Assembly: GCA_002726845.1 (NCBI GenBank)
Contig: PBSP01000065.1
Span: forward strand, 1-34,667
From: Methanobacteriota archaeon
Lineage (GTDB): Archaea > Thermoplasmatota > Poseidoniia > Poseidoniales > Poseidoniaceae
Direction of reading: 5' to 3'
DNA length: 34,667 nt
How positions within the stretch are numbered: position 1 is the first letter of the stretch; each line of letters opens with the position of its first letter. This document shows positions 16,528 through 25,460 of this stretch, piece after piece. The notes beneath the pieces are model-generated. The model made no database searches. It was not told where the DNA came from and saw only the letters and a list, made by a program, of their open reading frames with translations. The translations under genes and the position numbers were made by a program.

Positions 16528-18282
16528 ATGAGCAATCGTTCCAATCTTCTATCAGAGCTCTATCAAGCGCGTCTTGAAGACCTCAAGGAGATTGCATCAG
16601 CATATGGACTTGCAAAAAACGGTTCAGTTGAATATCTTCGTGCTCAGTTAATTCGCGACTTAATTCTTCCAGAATGGGACTTAACATTGGATGGTCTCAA
16701 AAACATACTGAACAATGACCTTGGGAAGTTACTCGGTGTTTTCGGAATAAAGAAAACGGGTTCGCTTCGAACGCGCCGTCAGCGTCTTTACTTGCATCTG
16801 AACCACGATCCAAAGCAACTCAAAGAGGATAACCTTGACAAAATGACGAAAGAAGAACTCCATGGCCTTTGCAAAGCCTTAGAATTGCCGCGATCGGGGA
16901 ATCGTCAAACACTTCTCATTCGAGTAGCGGGCGTTCTTTCTGCCCAGCACAAAAATTGGGGAACAATAAAGCGTTCACTGAAACGAGGAGGAGGATCGGT
17001 AGTAATTCCATCTCCCAGTCATTTGGACGATGAACAGCAGACAGAAGCACCTACAATTTCGCAAACTGTCGAAGATTTCGTCAGTGAACACCCAGAGGGA
17101 TGGACATTTGAACAGGAGTCGGAATTGATCGAAACCATTGAAGAGACCTTCGATGACACTCCACTTTCCGAAGTTGCAGCATCTATAGAAAAGGGCTTAT
17201 CAGGACAAAACGAAGCTACTGAACAACCGATTCCGCCAATGATGCAAGAACTCTCATCCGAAGAACCAACGCTCGAAGAGGAGGCCGCATTGTTGGAAAT
17301 TTCTTCACGTCGAGCAGAAGTTGAAGCCGCAGCGAGAGATTTCTTACTTGTTGGCAGCACAACCGATGTGGAGGACATGGGTTCCTTCATCATGAGTCTC
17401 TCCAACCATGGATTTTCTGTTGAGTTGGTTCGCGTTCAAGACGCTATCCGAACCATCATTATGGAAACAGCATTCCGATCTGAACAAGAACAGCATGCTC
17501 TTTCCAACAAACCAGGGTCATGGTCAGAACGAGAAGCAATTCGTTTGTTTGAACAAATGCGCCCACAATTGAGGGAACGAATACCTGAAATTGTTGCAGG
17601 ACGTCGAGGAAATCTCGTACAGGCTCGAATGGAGTTTGAAGAAGAAGCAAGAGGGCTTGGTTTGGATTTGAGGAGTCCTGCAGTATCCGGACGATTGCAC
17701 GCACTGTTTGACCTACATCTGGAGATCAGTGAAGCTGAAGAGTTGCAAGACCCATCCGCAGCAAGACGGAATCGAATGCTTCGAATCCTCTATCATGGAG
17801 CTGTTCATCTACCCGATGATGTACGCCGAACCATTGAACGACTTGAGAGAAATTTACCTTCATTTGAATCGCTTGTAGAAACCGTTCTTGAGTCAAGTGA
17901 AGGAGATTTTTCAGAAGCCCAGCAAAGCCTCATCATCCGATTCCTTGAATCAAAGGGTTATCTTGTTAACACTGCAGAATTGCGCCCACGGGTTTTGGCA
18001 TGTGCAGGTATTGTAGGAACAGAGCTCGGGTACCTAACACCGAGTCAGATTCCCCGTCTTGCTCCTGGAATATTGGTAAGCGACGATCAGGTTGACGCAA
18101 TTGTAGCGGAACTCAAAGCTCTTGCTGCGACATTCAAACCCCAAGAGATCGACGTTGAAGAACCTGAAATGCAGGTCGCAGAATCTGTTGCTGATGCTTC
18201 AAGTCGAGTCGGAGATGTTCGCGGACAAATTGATCGAGTCGATGCGCTGTTGTCACGCCTTCGCCTTCAAGACCATCAATGA
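16528..18282 (+). CDS. SAP (HeH)-domain repeat protein
   Basis: Three N-terminal SAP-like units (LKEIASAYGLAKNGSVEYLRAQL; LGKLLGVFGIKKTGSLRTRRQRL; MTKEELHGLCKALELPRSGNRQTLLIRV), an acidic linker and a helical C-terminal region. GGTGA RBS. Confidence 0.8.
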   Translation: MSNRSNLLSELYQARLEDLKEIASAYGLAKNGSVEYLRAQLIRDLILPEWDLTLDGLKNILNNDLGKLLGVFGIKKTGSLRTRRQRLYLHLNHDPKQLKEDNLDKMTKEELHGLCKALELPRSGNRQTLLIRVAGVLSAQHKNWGTIKRSLKRGGGSVVIPSPSHLDDEQQTEAPTISQTVEDFVSEHPEGWTFEQESELIETIEETFDDTPLSEVAASIEKGLSGQNEATEQPIPPMMQELSSEEPTLEEEAALLEISSRRAEVEAAARDFLLVGSTTDVEDMGSFIMSLSNHGFSVELVRVQDAIRTIIMETAFRSEQEQHALSNKPGSWSEREAIRLFEQMRPQLRERIPEIVAGRRGNLVQARMEFEEEARGLGLDLRSPAVSGRLHALFDLHLEISEAEELQDPSAARRNRMLRILYHGAVHLPDDVRRTIERLERNLPSFESLVETVLESSEGDFSEAQQSLIIRFLESKGYLVNTAELRPRVLACAGIVGTELGYLTPSQIPRLAPGILVSDDQVDAIVAELKALAATFKPQEIDVEEPEMQVAESVADASSRVGDVRGQIDRVDALLSRLRLQDHQ

Positions 18283-19520
18283 TGGTTTTGTGCGTAAAAA
18301 TTCTGGATAACCGTTGTTACGGATTGAATGTCAGTTATGTCTCTGGCAATCAGGTCTTCTATGATTTGTTGTCGCTGTTGAACGTGTTTTTCAAACACAT
18401 CTGGCGAAACACCAGCAGCGCGGCAAATAACTTCCCGTAGATTCGATGGAATTCCTGTTTCTTCGATTTGATCGGTCGCAGCATTGTACTTCCAGATCGT
18501 ATTTAATCGAGGTTTGGAACCTTCCATACCGGCTATTTCGGCAACTTCGGTAATCTTACGTGCGGTTTTACCGTTCACGTGCAGACGGGCTTGAATAATG
18601 ATCAGGTCAAGTCCAGTAAGCATAATTGGTGGAACGTTCATCGGGGGATTGATCATTCGTGTGACGGTCTCTTGAGCAGTGTTAGCGTGAAGACTTCCAA
18701 ACGAACCGTCATGTCCTGTATTCATCGCGGTAAGAAGTGTGGCTGCTTCAGGACCTCGAACTTCTCCAACAATAATGCGATCGGGTCGCATACGCAGACT
18801 GGATTTCAGACAATCGTTCATGTCCACTTCAGGCGTTCCGTCCGGTCGCTCTCGACGGGTTTCCATTCGCAACCAGTGGTCGTGATACACTTGCAACTCA
18901 GCGGTATCCTCAACTGTGAGAAGACGCCGGTGCCATGGAATGTACATGCCTAGGCAATTCAGTGTAGTAGTTTTACCGGAACCGGTTCCACCAGCAATAA
19001 CAAAGTTCGCTGGTCGACTGTCCAGACCTTCAATCCACACCCACATCATCGCAGCCAATCGAGAATTGACCGTGCCAAATTTCACCAAGTCAATCATTGT
19101 TAGTGGGTCCTCCTTGAATTTCCGGATGGTGAGTGTAGGTCCATCGGGAGAAACAGGAGGTATCGTACCGTTTACACGAGATCCATCAGGAAGTCGACCA
19201 TCGAAAATGGGAACCATTCCAGGACCATCACCAAGTGGAACATTGGTAAACGCTGCGATGTTTTTCGCAATTTGGAGCCCTGCTTCATCGTTGATCCAGA
19301 CGTTCGTACGGCACATGCCGTGCTTACGATGCGCCACTTTCACACATTGCGTACCACCGTTGTACATCACTTCTTCCAAATTGTCGTCTTCAAACAAGAC
19401 TGCAAGGTCGCCGTGTGGGTTCGGGGCGACGGAACCCTCAACATGATAAATTGGTGAGGGGTGATTCGATTCGGTGTAGATTGTTACGTTACCGTATTGT
19501 TCAATTATTTGTTCAGACAT
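18276..19520 (-). CDS. Type II/IV secretion (CpaF/TadA/VirB11-family) pilus assembly ATPase
   Basis: DGRLPDGSRVN, TIRKF, Walker A GGTGSGKTT, VEDTAEL, LRMRPDRIIVGEVRG.EA, AMNTGH.G..SLHA. Confidence 0.95.
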   Translation of the reverse strand: MSEQIIEQYGNVTIYTESNHPSPIYHVEGSVAPNPHGDLAVLFEDDNLEEVMYNGGTQCVKVAHRKHGMCRTNVWINDEAGLQIAKNIAAFTNVPLGDGPGMVPIFDGRLPDGSRVNGTIPPVSPDGPTLTIRKFKEDPLTMIDLVKFGTVNSRLAAMMWVWIEGLDSRPANFVIAGGTGSGKTTTLNCLGMYIPWHRRLLTVEDTAELQVYHDHWLRMETRRERPDGTPEVDMNDCLKSSLRMRPDRIIVGEVRGPEAATLLTAMNTGHDGSFGSLHANTAQETVTRMINPPMNVPPIMLTGLDLIIIQARLHVNGKTARKITEVAEIAGMEGSKPRLNTIWKYNAATDQIEETGIPSNLREVICRAAGVSPDVFEKHVQQRQQIIEDLIARDITDIQSVTTVIQNFYAQNHH

Positions 19521-19523
19521 GTT

Positions 19524-20255
19524 TCAACCTCCAAGCATTTTTGTTGCGCCCAAGAAAATAAACATCGACATTGCCATCCATCCGGGGACAAACCACATGG
19601 TGTCTCGCATTCGGCCGAGCATGCGACCGGAAACGGCCACACCTACAGCGCTTGCAGCGGCAAAGAAGAGGCTGAAGGTTGAAAGAAAACCCTCGATTTG
19701 GAAACCTGCTGATGCTGGTGTGAAGAGCCCAACGAGGAAACCAATAAGTCCGGGCAAGCCGATGCAAACGAACAAAACGATGAGAATTCCACGCCCTTGA
19801 AGCTCAGATTCCCGTTTGTTCATCAAGTCGTTGAGGCGTTCATAATCCATGGACAAGTTCATCAGAATGTCTTGAAGTGGAGCGTTTTGCTCGATCGCTG
19901 TTTCAAGAAGATGCATGACCCTTTGCACCTGTGACGAGCGGGTCTTCGTGGCAAAACTTGAGAGTGCAGCATCAAAAGAACTTGAATGGCTTTCTTTTAG
20001 CGTCTCTTCAAGAAGCGGCCCAAGTGGAGCAGGAGCCGATTTGGCTTGATGCTGCATGGCTTCCTGAATACCCAGTCCTGCACCGACTTCGTCGGATAAA
20101 CCTTCCAAGAATGAGGGAAGAGCGTTTTCGATTTTCCGCCGACGAATGCGTTCTCGGATCGGTGGTATACCGCCTCCAATCATTGAAAGGCCAACAACAC
20201 CGAGCATCAACATCATCGGTTGATTGCTAAACGATTCGAGGAAACGAAACAACAC
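19524..20255 (-). CDS. Type II secretion system F / TadC-like membrane platform protein
   Basis: N-terminal TM, then RRRKIENALPSFLEGL...GAGLGIQEAM helical domain, then three C-terminal TMs. Adjacent to the ATPase. Confidence 0.85.
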   Translation of the reverse strand: MLFRFLESFSNQPMMLMLGVVGLSMIGGGIPPIRERIRRRKIENALPSFLEGLSDEVGAGLGIQEAMQHQAKSAPAPLGPLLEETLKESHSSSFDAALSSFATKTRSSQVQRVMHLLETAIEQNAPLQDILMNLSMDYERLNDLMNKRESELQGRGILIVLFVCIGLPGLIGFLVGLFTPASAGFQIEGFLSTFSLFFAAASAVGVAVSGRMLGRMRDTMWFVPGWMAMSMFIFLGATKMLGG

Positions 20256-20259
20256 GGTA

Positions 20260-20841
20260 TCACAATCCTGGATCTTTCGTGTGCGTCTTCAAACCGATCA
20301 TTATCATTGCAAACAGCGTGAGAAAAAGACCGATGTTGAGGACGACGTTGATTGTTGATTGTTCTGGAATGGGCATGATGTCCCCCATTCCATCACCCCC
20401 CATCAACTGCGGAAACAAGCCAAAAACGGAGAGGATGATTGGACCAATCATTCCTATTGAGAGCAAGGATTCCGGTACACCACTGAGATCTTCAATGTAC
20501 TTTTTCACATCTTCTGTCCGCTCTTCTTCCATTCGACTTCCTTGTTTTTTGAGCGTGTCAATGATGTCTGTGTTTTGTGTAATGTTCATGTGCATGATGT
20601 TGAGCAATCTACGGTATCCTTCCGTCTCCACCTTGCCCATAAGTGCCTTGATTTCTTTTTCCAAGGGGCGTCCACCTTTCCGGACCTTATCCATCATGCT
20701 ACCAAAATCTTCGGAAATAACTCCGTATCCACCTTGCGATATACTGTGAATGGTTGCTTCCAATCCGATACCAGACGACATGAGGACGTCCATTGCACGA
20801 ATCACGTACAGGACCTCACGTTTTTCGTCAAGTTTTCGCAT
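20260..20841 (-). CDS. Type II secretion system F / TadB/C-like membrane protein (short, no N-terminal TM)
   Basis: SSGIGLEATIHSI...YGVISEDF T2SSF-like segment and two C-terminal TMs. ATG 20841 follows a GAGGTG RBS. Confidence 0.8.
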   Translation of the reverse strand: MRKLDEKREVLYVIRAMDVLMSSGIGLEATIHSISQGGYGVISEDFGSMMDKVRKGGRPLEKEIKALMGKVETEGYRRLLNIMHMNITQNTDIIDTLKKQGSRMEEERTEDVKKYIEDLSGVPESLLSIGMIGPIILSVFGLFPQLMGGDGMGDIMPIPEQSTINVVLNIGLFLTLFAMIMIGLKTHTKDPGL

Positions 20842-20851
20842 CGTTTCCACC

Positions 20852-21205
20852 TCAAATAACGTCTTCAATCAGTTCAAACACAAATTTTTCTGTAGATCCT
20901 TCGTATTCCAAAGAAGCGAAAATCACCTTGACATCGCGCTCCTCGAACGGATCGTGAATGAAGGGCTGACCTGTTCGAAACATTTTCAGAATCTTCTTGT
21001 AGTCGTCGATTGACAGAATACCTCGGACCGTGTATATGGTCGATTCAGCGCCCTCATCATGCAGATTGTCGCCCTCTCCTCCACGAATGATGGTCCGTGT
21101 TAGACGCCTTGCAATTTTGATGTCGATATCTGCGTTTGGAATTCGAATCCAATCTGCAGAACCTGTTCCAGTTGCCGGTCGAATGAAGAAATCCATGCCT
21201 GCCAT
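20852..21205 (-). CDS. Small protein resembling phage tail-tube-fold proteins (P2 GpU / Mu DNA-circularisation N-terminal domain)
   Basis: ~115 aa from ATG 21205 or 21196: RRLTRTIIRGGEGDNLHDEGAESTIYTVRG, helix, IHDPF, beta-hairpin, FVFELIE. The CDS is well supported; the fold call is pattern recognition only. Confidence 0.6.
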   Translation of the reverse strand: MAGMDFFIRPATGTGSADWIRIPNADIDIKIARRLTRTIIRGGEGDNLHDEGAESTIYTVRGILSIDDYKKILKMFRTGQPFIHDPFEERDVKVIFASLEYEGSTEKFVFELIEDVI

Positions 21206-21263
21206 GATGACCCCTAGATGCTTGAGGGGGTAGGCGAGATTTGAATGTAATGGAACAATTTGT

Positions 21264-22193
21264 TCAAGCCACAATTTTGAACCAGCCGAATCGAGGCTCA
21301 TGCAGTGTGCCATCATCGCTCATCGCATCGAGTTCTGCTTCCGACTGTTCACGAGTGAATCCCCGTGACGAGAGATTGCGCACCAAGGATTCAAAGTCGA
21401 CGCCTTCTCCATTGTCCATGCTTTGTATGCACTCCAAAATAACCGATTGCAGGTCTACTCCATCGGTTTTTATCTCATCTTCAGTCGTTGAATCCGAAAG
21501 TTCGAGTTTCGGAGGTGCTGTTGTTGCTGCGGCCATTTTACCTTCTGCTATGTCAAGTGCCTGCATGACGTTGAGGCGATATCCCTCCGTGTCGATTTGT
21601 CCGTAATGGGCATTGGCTGCAATCAATCCATCAATCATTTTCGCTGGTATACCTTGCTGCATCATGGCTTCTTTGGTGGGTTCACAGTTGAGCGATTTTT
21701 GATGTTGATCGAGTCGCTCAAGCGTTTCAGAACAAGCACGAACAAGCCAAGAGGCGTATCGTTCACGTGAAACAACAGCTGCCTCTTCCGGTCGAATCGA
21801 GGTGTAAACGGCCCCTTCGTCCGTTTGGTACCAACGGGCCTTCGCCGTCATACACAGTAAAACGGGTTCACCGGATTCGACTTTATCGTGCAACTGAATC
21901 ACAAATTCACGCATTGATTCTGTTGCGTATTCTCCGACAGAGAAGTAGTATAGCCCAGAGGGGTCACGTATCTGTCCTTGGTACATTTGCGATCCGTTGC
22001 TTGTCTCACGCAATTCGAGGCGCTCAACAAGGCCTGAAAGGATAACACGGTTGACTTTCGCACCAAGTTTTGTAATGACAAATGTCGGGTCAAACTCTCC
22101 AGATCCTTTCTCATTGAGCGTAGACTCACCAAACTCTGATGCAAGCATGAACCATGCAGGCTGACGTTGAATTTGTCGTGAGGGGGTCATCAT
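21264..22193 (-). CDS. RPA32-like / RPA-associated OB-fold protein with C-terminal winged helix
   Basis: FVITKLGAKVNRVILSG...IRDPSG...SIRPE OB-fold, C-terminal wH ending GTLHEPRFGWFK. ATGA overlap with the upstream RPA gene. Confidence 0.85.
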   Translation of the reverse strand: MMTPSRQIQRQPAWFMLASEFGESTLNEKGSGEFDPTFVITKLGAKVNRVILSGLVERLELRETSNGSQMYQGQIRDPSGLYYFSVGEYATESMREFVIQLHDKVESGEPVLLCMTAKARWYQTDEGAVYTSIRPEEAAVVSRERYASWLVRACSETLERLDQHQKSLNCEPTKEAMMQQGIPAKMIDGLIAANAHYGQIDTEGYRLNVMQALDIAEGKMAAATTAPPKLELSDSTTEDEIKTDGVDLQSVILECIQSMDNGEGVDFESLVRNLSSRGFTREQSEAELDAMSDDGTLHEPRFGWFKIVA

Positions 22194-23899
22194 TGCAACC
22201 CCCACTTAGCACGAAGTTCGGTTGCGATTAAACCGGTATCTGATTCTGCAATGTTTGCTCCATCGCACAAAATCATCGACCCCTGTCCGTCGTTGATGAT
22301 GCGACCCTTCACCTCAACTTCACACCCGAGAAGTTTCTCTCGAATCGATTGTACGTACGCTGTTTTTCCGTTTGCTTGAATTTCGTCTACCATCGCACCA
22401 TGCTCGGTTTGAAGCAAAGCCAGTGCAGCGTCCTTCGCAATCAACAGGGCACAGGTCGCGGCTTTGTCGTCCAAAACCAATCGTAAGCGTACATCTTCCT
22501 TCCCTTCGACAGTCATGGTTTGGCACTTCTCATCAGAGCATTTCCCATCGCGAAGGACTCTGCGACATTCAACACAGCGCATGATGATTCCTGAATCTTC
22601 CCGCACAGAGACGATGGTTCCACGTGTTGTGATGCCGACTCGACTTGGCCCTGAAACAAGTTCGTCCAACGGGACCTCGATTTTGAGATTCTCAAGATCG
22701 ATATCACCTTCCCACGGTGTCTCTTCGAGAATTGTAAGTTGTTCCTCACGATCGATTGTGATATCGGGAATTCCCTGCCAAGCTCGAACTCTTGCGTCGG
22801 TAATACGAACCGTCATTGGCAGTTTAGAGTCATCGATTGGAAGATCAGTCCATGCACTTATCCTGCATTGACCCGTAGGGTCAGCAATTTGTCCTGACCA
22901 CAAGTAGCGCTCCTCACCATCTTTGTTGAATGTCCGCTTTTCCCATGCTGTAATGCTAACGACGATTTCAACGTCCTTGGAGCCGTCTCGAAGCGTGCTG
23001 ATGGTCGAAACCATATCTTGTTTGAGTGCATCAGTATCTGCGAAAGAAGCATCATGATACGTTTCAATTTTTGTTGTTCGTCCGAAATTAAGTTCTGGAG
23101 TGTCTCGGAATGTTTTCACTTGCGCACCGTCAATTTTGAGCAGAGTACCCACTTCGAAATCGAAAGGTTCCCAAGAAAGGAATCCGATTGCACCGGATTC
23201 ATCCGCAATCCGGCCACGGACAACGTCGATACTGCCGCTGCCATCTCTTCGGTGGATTTGGTCTGCTCGTGAAGACATAAGTCGTCCGACGATGCAAACG
23301 TATCCATCGTTTGGCAAATCTGAGATGTCGATGGGTTCTCCTGGAGCGACAACAGGACGAGATCCTTCACGCAAAACAGCAACACGAGACGATTGATTGA
23401 TGTTCAGTGACATGCGGCCTTGGTATTCATTCACCGAGGCACCTTCAATGCGGACTACAGAGCCCGGTGCAATGTTGCTGTTGTTGCCCCAATCTTTGTA
23501 TTCCCAACGTGTTCGCTCTCCGTTTCCTTCTTGCCAAGGGTCGTCCTCAATGAGCCCGAAGGCAATCGATTTCGATTCGCCGCGGACCATTTGTTCACGT
23601 ATGTTGTGAGAGATAATTTCAACTTCAATCTCGATATCGCGATCATCGGATTTTAATTCGGAAAGACGGTTGACTTTTTTTGTTGGCCGGTCGGTTTGAC
23701 CAGAGTTTGCGTTGGTCTTTGGCGCCACATCAGATTCACTCTTGAAACGTCGAATTATGGAACGTATGGCATCCTGTGGGGGGATGAAAAACTCCTCTTC
23801 GTATTTTTTGAATGCTGCTTTGACCTCTTCACGGTCTACACCAGGGCATTCTTGTAGAACTGCAGAGACATGGTCGTTGTAGCGATCCTCATCGTCCAT
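22190..23899 (-). CDS. rpa: Replication protein A large subunit (multiple OB folds plus zinc finger)
   Basis: Repeated OB-fold signatures (GRIADESGAI, GQIADPTGQCRISAW, RLVLDD) and zinc finger RCVECRR...CSDEKC. ATG 23899 follows a GGAGGTG RBS. Confidence 0.9.
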   Translation of the reverse strand: MDDEDRYNDHVSAVLQECPGVDREEVKAAFKKYEEEFFIPPQDAIRSIIRRFKSESDVAPKTNANSGQTDRPTKKVNRLSELKSDDRDIEIEVEIISHNIREQMVRGESKSIAFGLIEDDPWQEGNGERTRWEYKDWGNNSNIAPGSVVRIEGASVNEYQGRMSLNINQSSRVAVLREGSRPVVAPGEPIDISDLPNDGYVCIVGRLMSSRADQIHRRDGSGSIDVVRGRIADESGAIGFLSWEPFDFEVGTLLKIDGAQVKTFRDTPELNFGRTTKIETYHDASFADTDALKQDMVSTISTLRDGSKDVEIVVSITAWEKRTFNKDGEERYLWSGQIADPTGQCRISAWTDLPIDDSKLPMTVRITDARVRAWQGIPDITIDREEQLTILEETPWEGDIDLENLKIEVPLDELVSGPSRVGITTRGTIVSVREDSGIIMRCVECRRVLRDGKCSDEKCQTMTVEGKEDVRLRLVLDDKAATCALLIAKDAALALLQTEHGAMVDEIQANGKTAYVQSIREKLLGCEVEVKGRIINDGQGSMILCDGANIAESDTGLIATELRAKWGLQ

Positions 23900-24053
23900 G
23901 ATTTTCACCTCCGCCAGGCGTAAAATTTCGATTAAGCCTGTGCGGAGAACAGGCGGCGGGCTTTTGTGCGGATTGGTTAAGACGATACACTCCCATGACC
24001 TCCATGGAACCTATCAACAATGACGAGGGGTCATAAACAATCCCCTCCTGTAA

Positions 24054-25457
24054 TCAGGCGGGATTTACACGCATCCCTTGCGAAAAAAGGATGTCTGAGA
24101 GGTGATTGCTCCCAGTGCTTGAAACTCCAGACGTTGTGGATTGAGGGCCAAGATGGACGCCGTTCGAAATGGCTTGGAACAAATTGCCAGAAACGCCGGC
24201 TTGTTTCAATGCTCCTAGAACTTCTCCATCTTCAACCTTGAGAATGGTGCTCGTCGTTACGGAAAAATCTCCACTCGTTGGATTTGCTGTGTGCGCTCCC
24301 ATGACACTGTGAATGATGTATCCATTGCCCATCGTTTGAATCAATTCATCTCTCGATTGTGGTTTGCGCGATGAGAGGAGTTGGACGTCACCGCATCCCG
24401 TTGTTGGTGGTGACATGTGACTTCTTCGTGTTGCAGATCCGGTTGTTGCCGCTGATTCAATTCGCCCTTCAGCCACGTTTTTTGCAGCATCTCGGGTCGA
24501 CCAAATCATCTTTCGAAGAACACCGTTTTCGACGATGGTATGGCATGATGTCGGAACGCCTTCACCATCTCGTGCGGATGACGCAAAACCACCGTCCATC
24601 CGACGATTGTCGAGCATAGTAAGATGATCATCGAGAACGGTTTCGTTCATTTTTCCAGACCAAAACGATTCTTTTCGAACCATCCTTTCTCCTAGTGCGG
24701 ATGGACGGATGATGTTGGAAAACAAGGAACTGATTCCCTGAGGAGTCATAAGGATGGCAGAATCCGTCGGTTGATTTTCCACTGGAATGGGGTTTCGAGT
24801 TTTTTGAGCCCATTCCACAGCCAATGGTACACAACTTGGGATTCCAGAAATGAGTTTACGCGATGAAGAACTTTCCCAAGCGCTGGTCATTTGCCCATCG
24901 GCTTCGATGGAGACTTGCACGCCAAGGCCATGGGACGTTGTGATTCCTGAGGCTTCAATACCTTCACTCGAAGACATCGCACTGGCCTCCACACTTGCAC
25001 CGATTCCACCTCCTATGACGACCGCCCGTTCATCGAGAGATGCAACCTCTGCAATGATGTCATCGCCTTGAGTCAACAAATCCTCGGCCGATAATTTGAG
25101 TATAGCATCGTCACTCATCCCTCCAACAGGTTGAGCGTCCTCTGCATTTGGTAGCGAAAAGTCTTTGATTTTTGGGCTTGCTTTGGCGATTGATAAAGCC
25201 TGGGAAACGGCGTGCTCTGCCCCACTTGGATCGACAAGGTGTGCGTAGCCGTATCGACCGTTTTCTACGACACGTACACCGAATCCACCCTCGCCTCCTC
25301 CTGACGCAAGAGAAATTCGACCGGCCTCGATATCCAAGGTTCGACCGTAGCCTTGAGAGGCAACAATCTCCCATTGGCTAATGCCTTGACTTTCGCACTG
25401 TTTGGCGATGATTTCACAGCCATCAAGCAACCGTTCGATAGCATCGTCTGGAATCAT
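24054..25457 (-). CDS. pmbA: TldE/PmbA family protein
   Basis: GFGVRVVENGRYG, DGEGVP, VENGVL, STTGSA-like TTGSA, GAHTANPTSGDFS. No HExxxH motif. Follows tldD. Confidence 0.9.
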   Translation of the reverse strand: MIPDDAIERLLDGCEIIAKQCESQGISQWEIVASQGYGRTLDIEAGRISLASGGGEGGFGVRVVENGRYGYAHLVDPSGAEHAVSQALSIAKASPKIKDFSLPNAEDAQPVGGMSDDAILKLSAEDLLTQGDDIIAEVASLDERAVVIGGGIGASVEASAMSSSEGIEASGITTSHGLGVQVSIEADGQMTSAWESSSSRKLISGIPSCVPLAVEWAQKTRNPIPVENQPTDSAILMTPQGISSLFSNIIRPSALGERMVRKESFWSGKMNETVLDDHLTMLDNRRMDGGFASSARDGEGVPTSCHTIVENGVLRKMIWSTRDAAKNVAEGRIESAATTGSATRRSHMSPPTTGCGDVQLLSSRKPQSRDELIQTMGNGYIIHSVMGAHTANPTSGDFSVTTSTILKVEDGEVLGALKQAGVSGNLFQAISNGVHLGPQSTTSGVSSTGSNHLSDILFSQGMRVNPA

Positions 25458-25460
25458 CGC

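Noticed and set aside
18276..20841. Archaellum (arl/fla) operon
   Set aside because: No ArlH, ArlF/G or archaellin genes are present, and there are two short TadB/C-like genes rather than one ArlJ.
20852..21205. Prophage, or RPA14 third subunit
   Set aside because: No other viral genes or att/integrase are present. The sequence pattern fits a tube-like fold better than an OB-fold, and its spacing ties it to the Tad genes. RPA14 is not formally excluded without modelling.
23900..24053. tRNA or structured ncRNA in the larger spacers (also 16357-16527 and 34242-34369)
   Set aside because: No cloverleaf or T-loop GTTCRA context and no recognisable RNA family. Only short hairpins were found.
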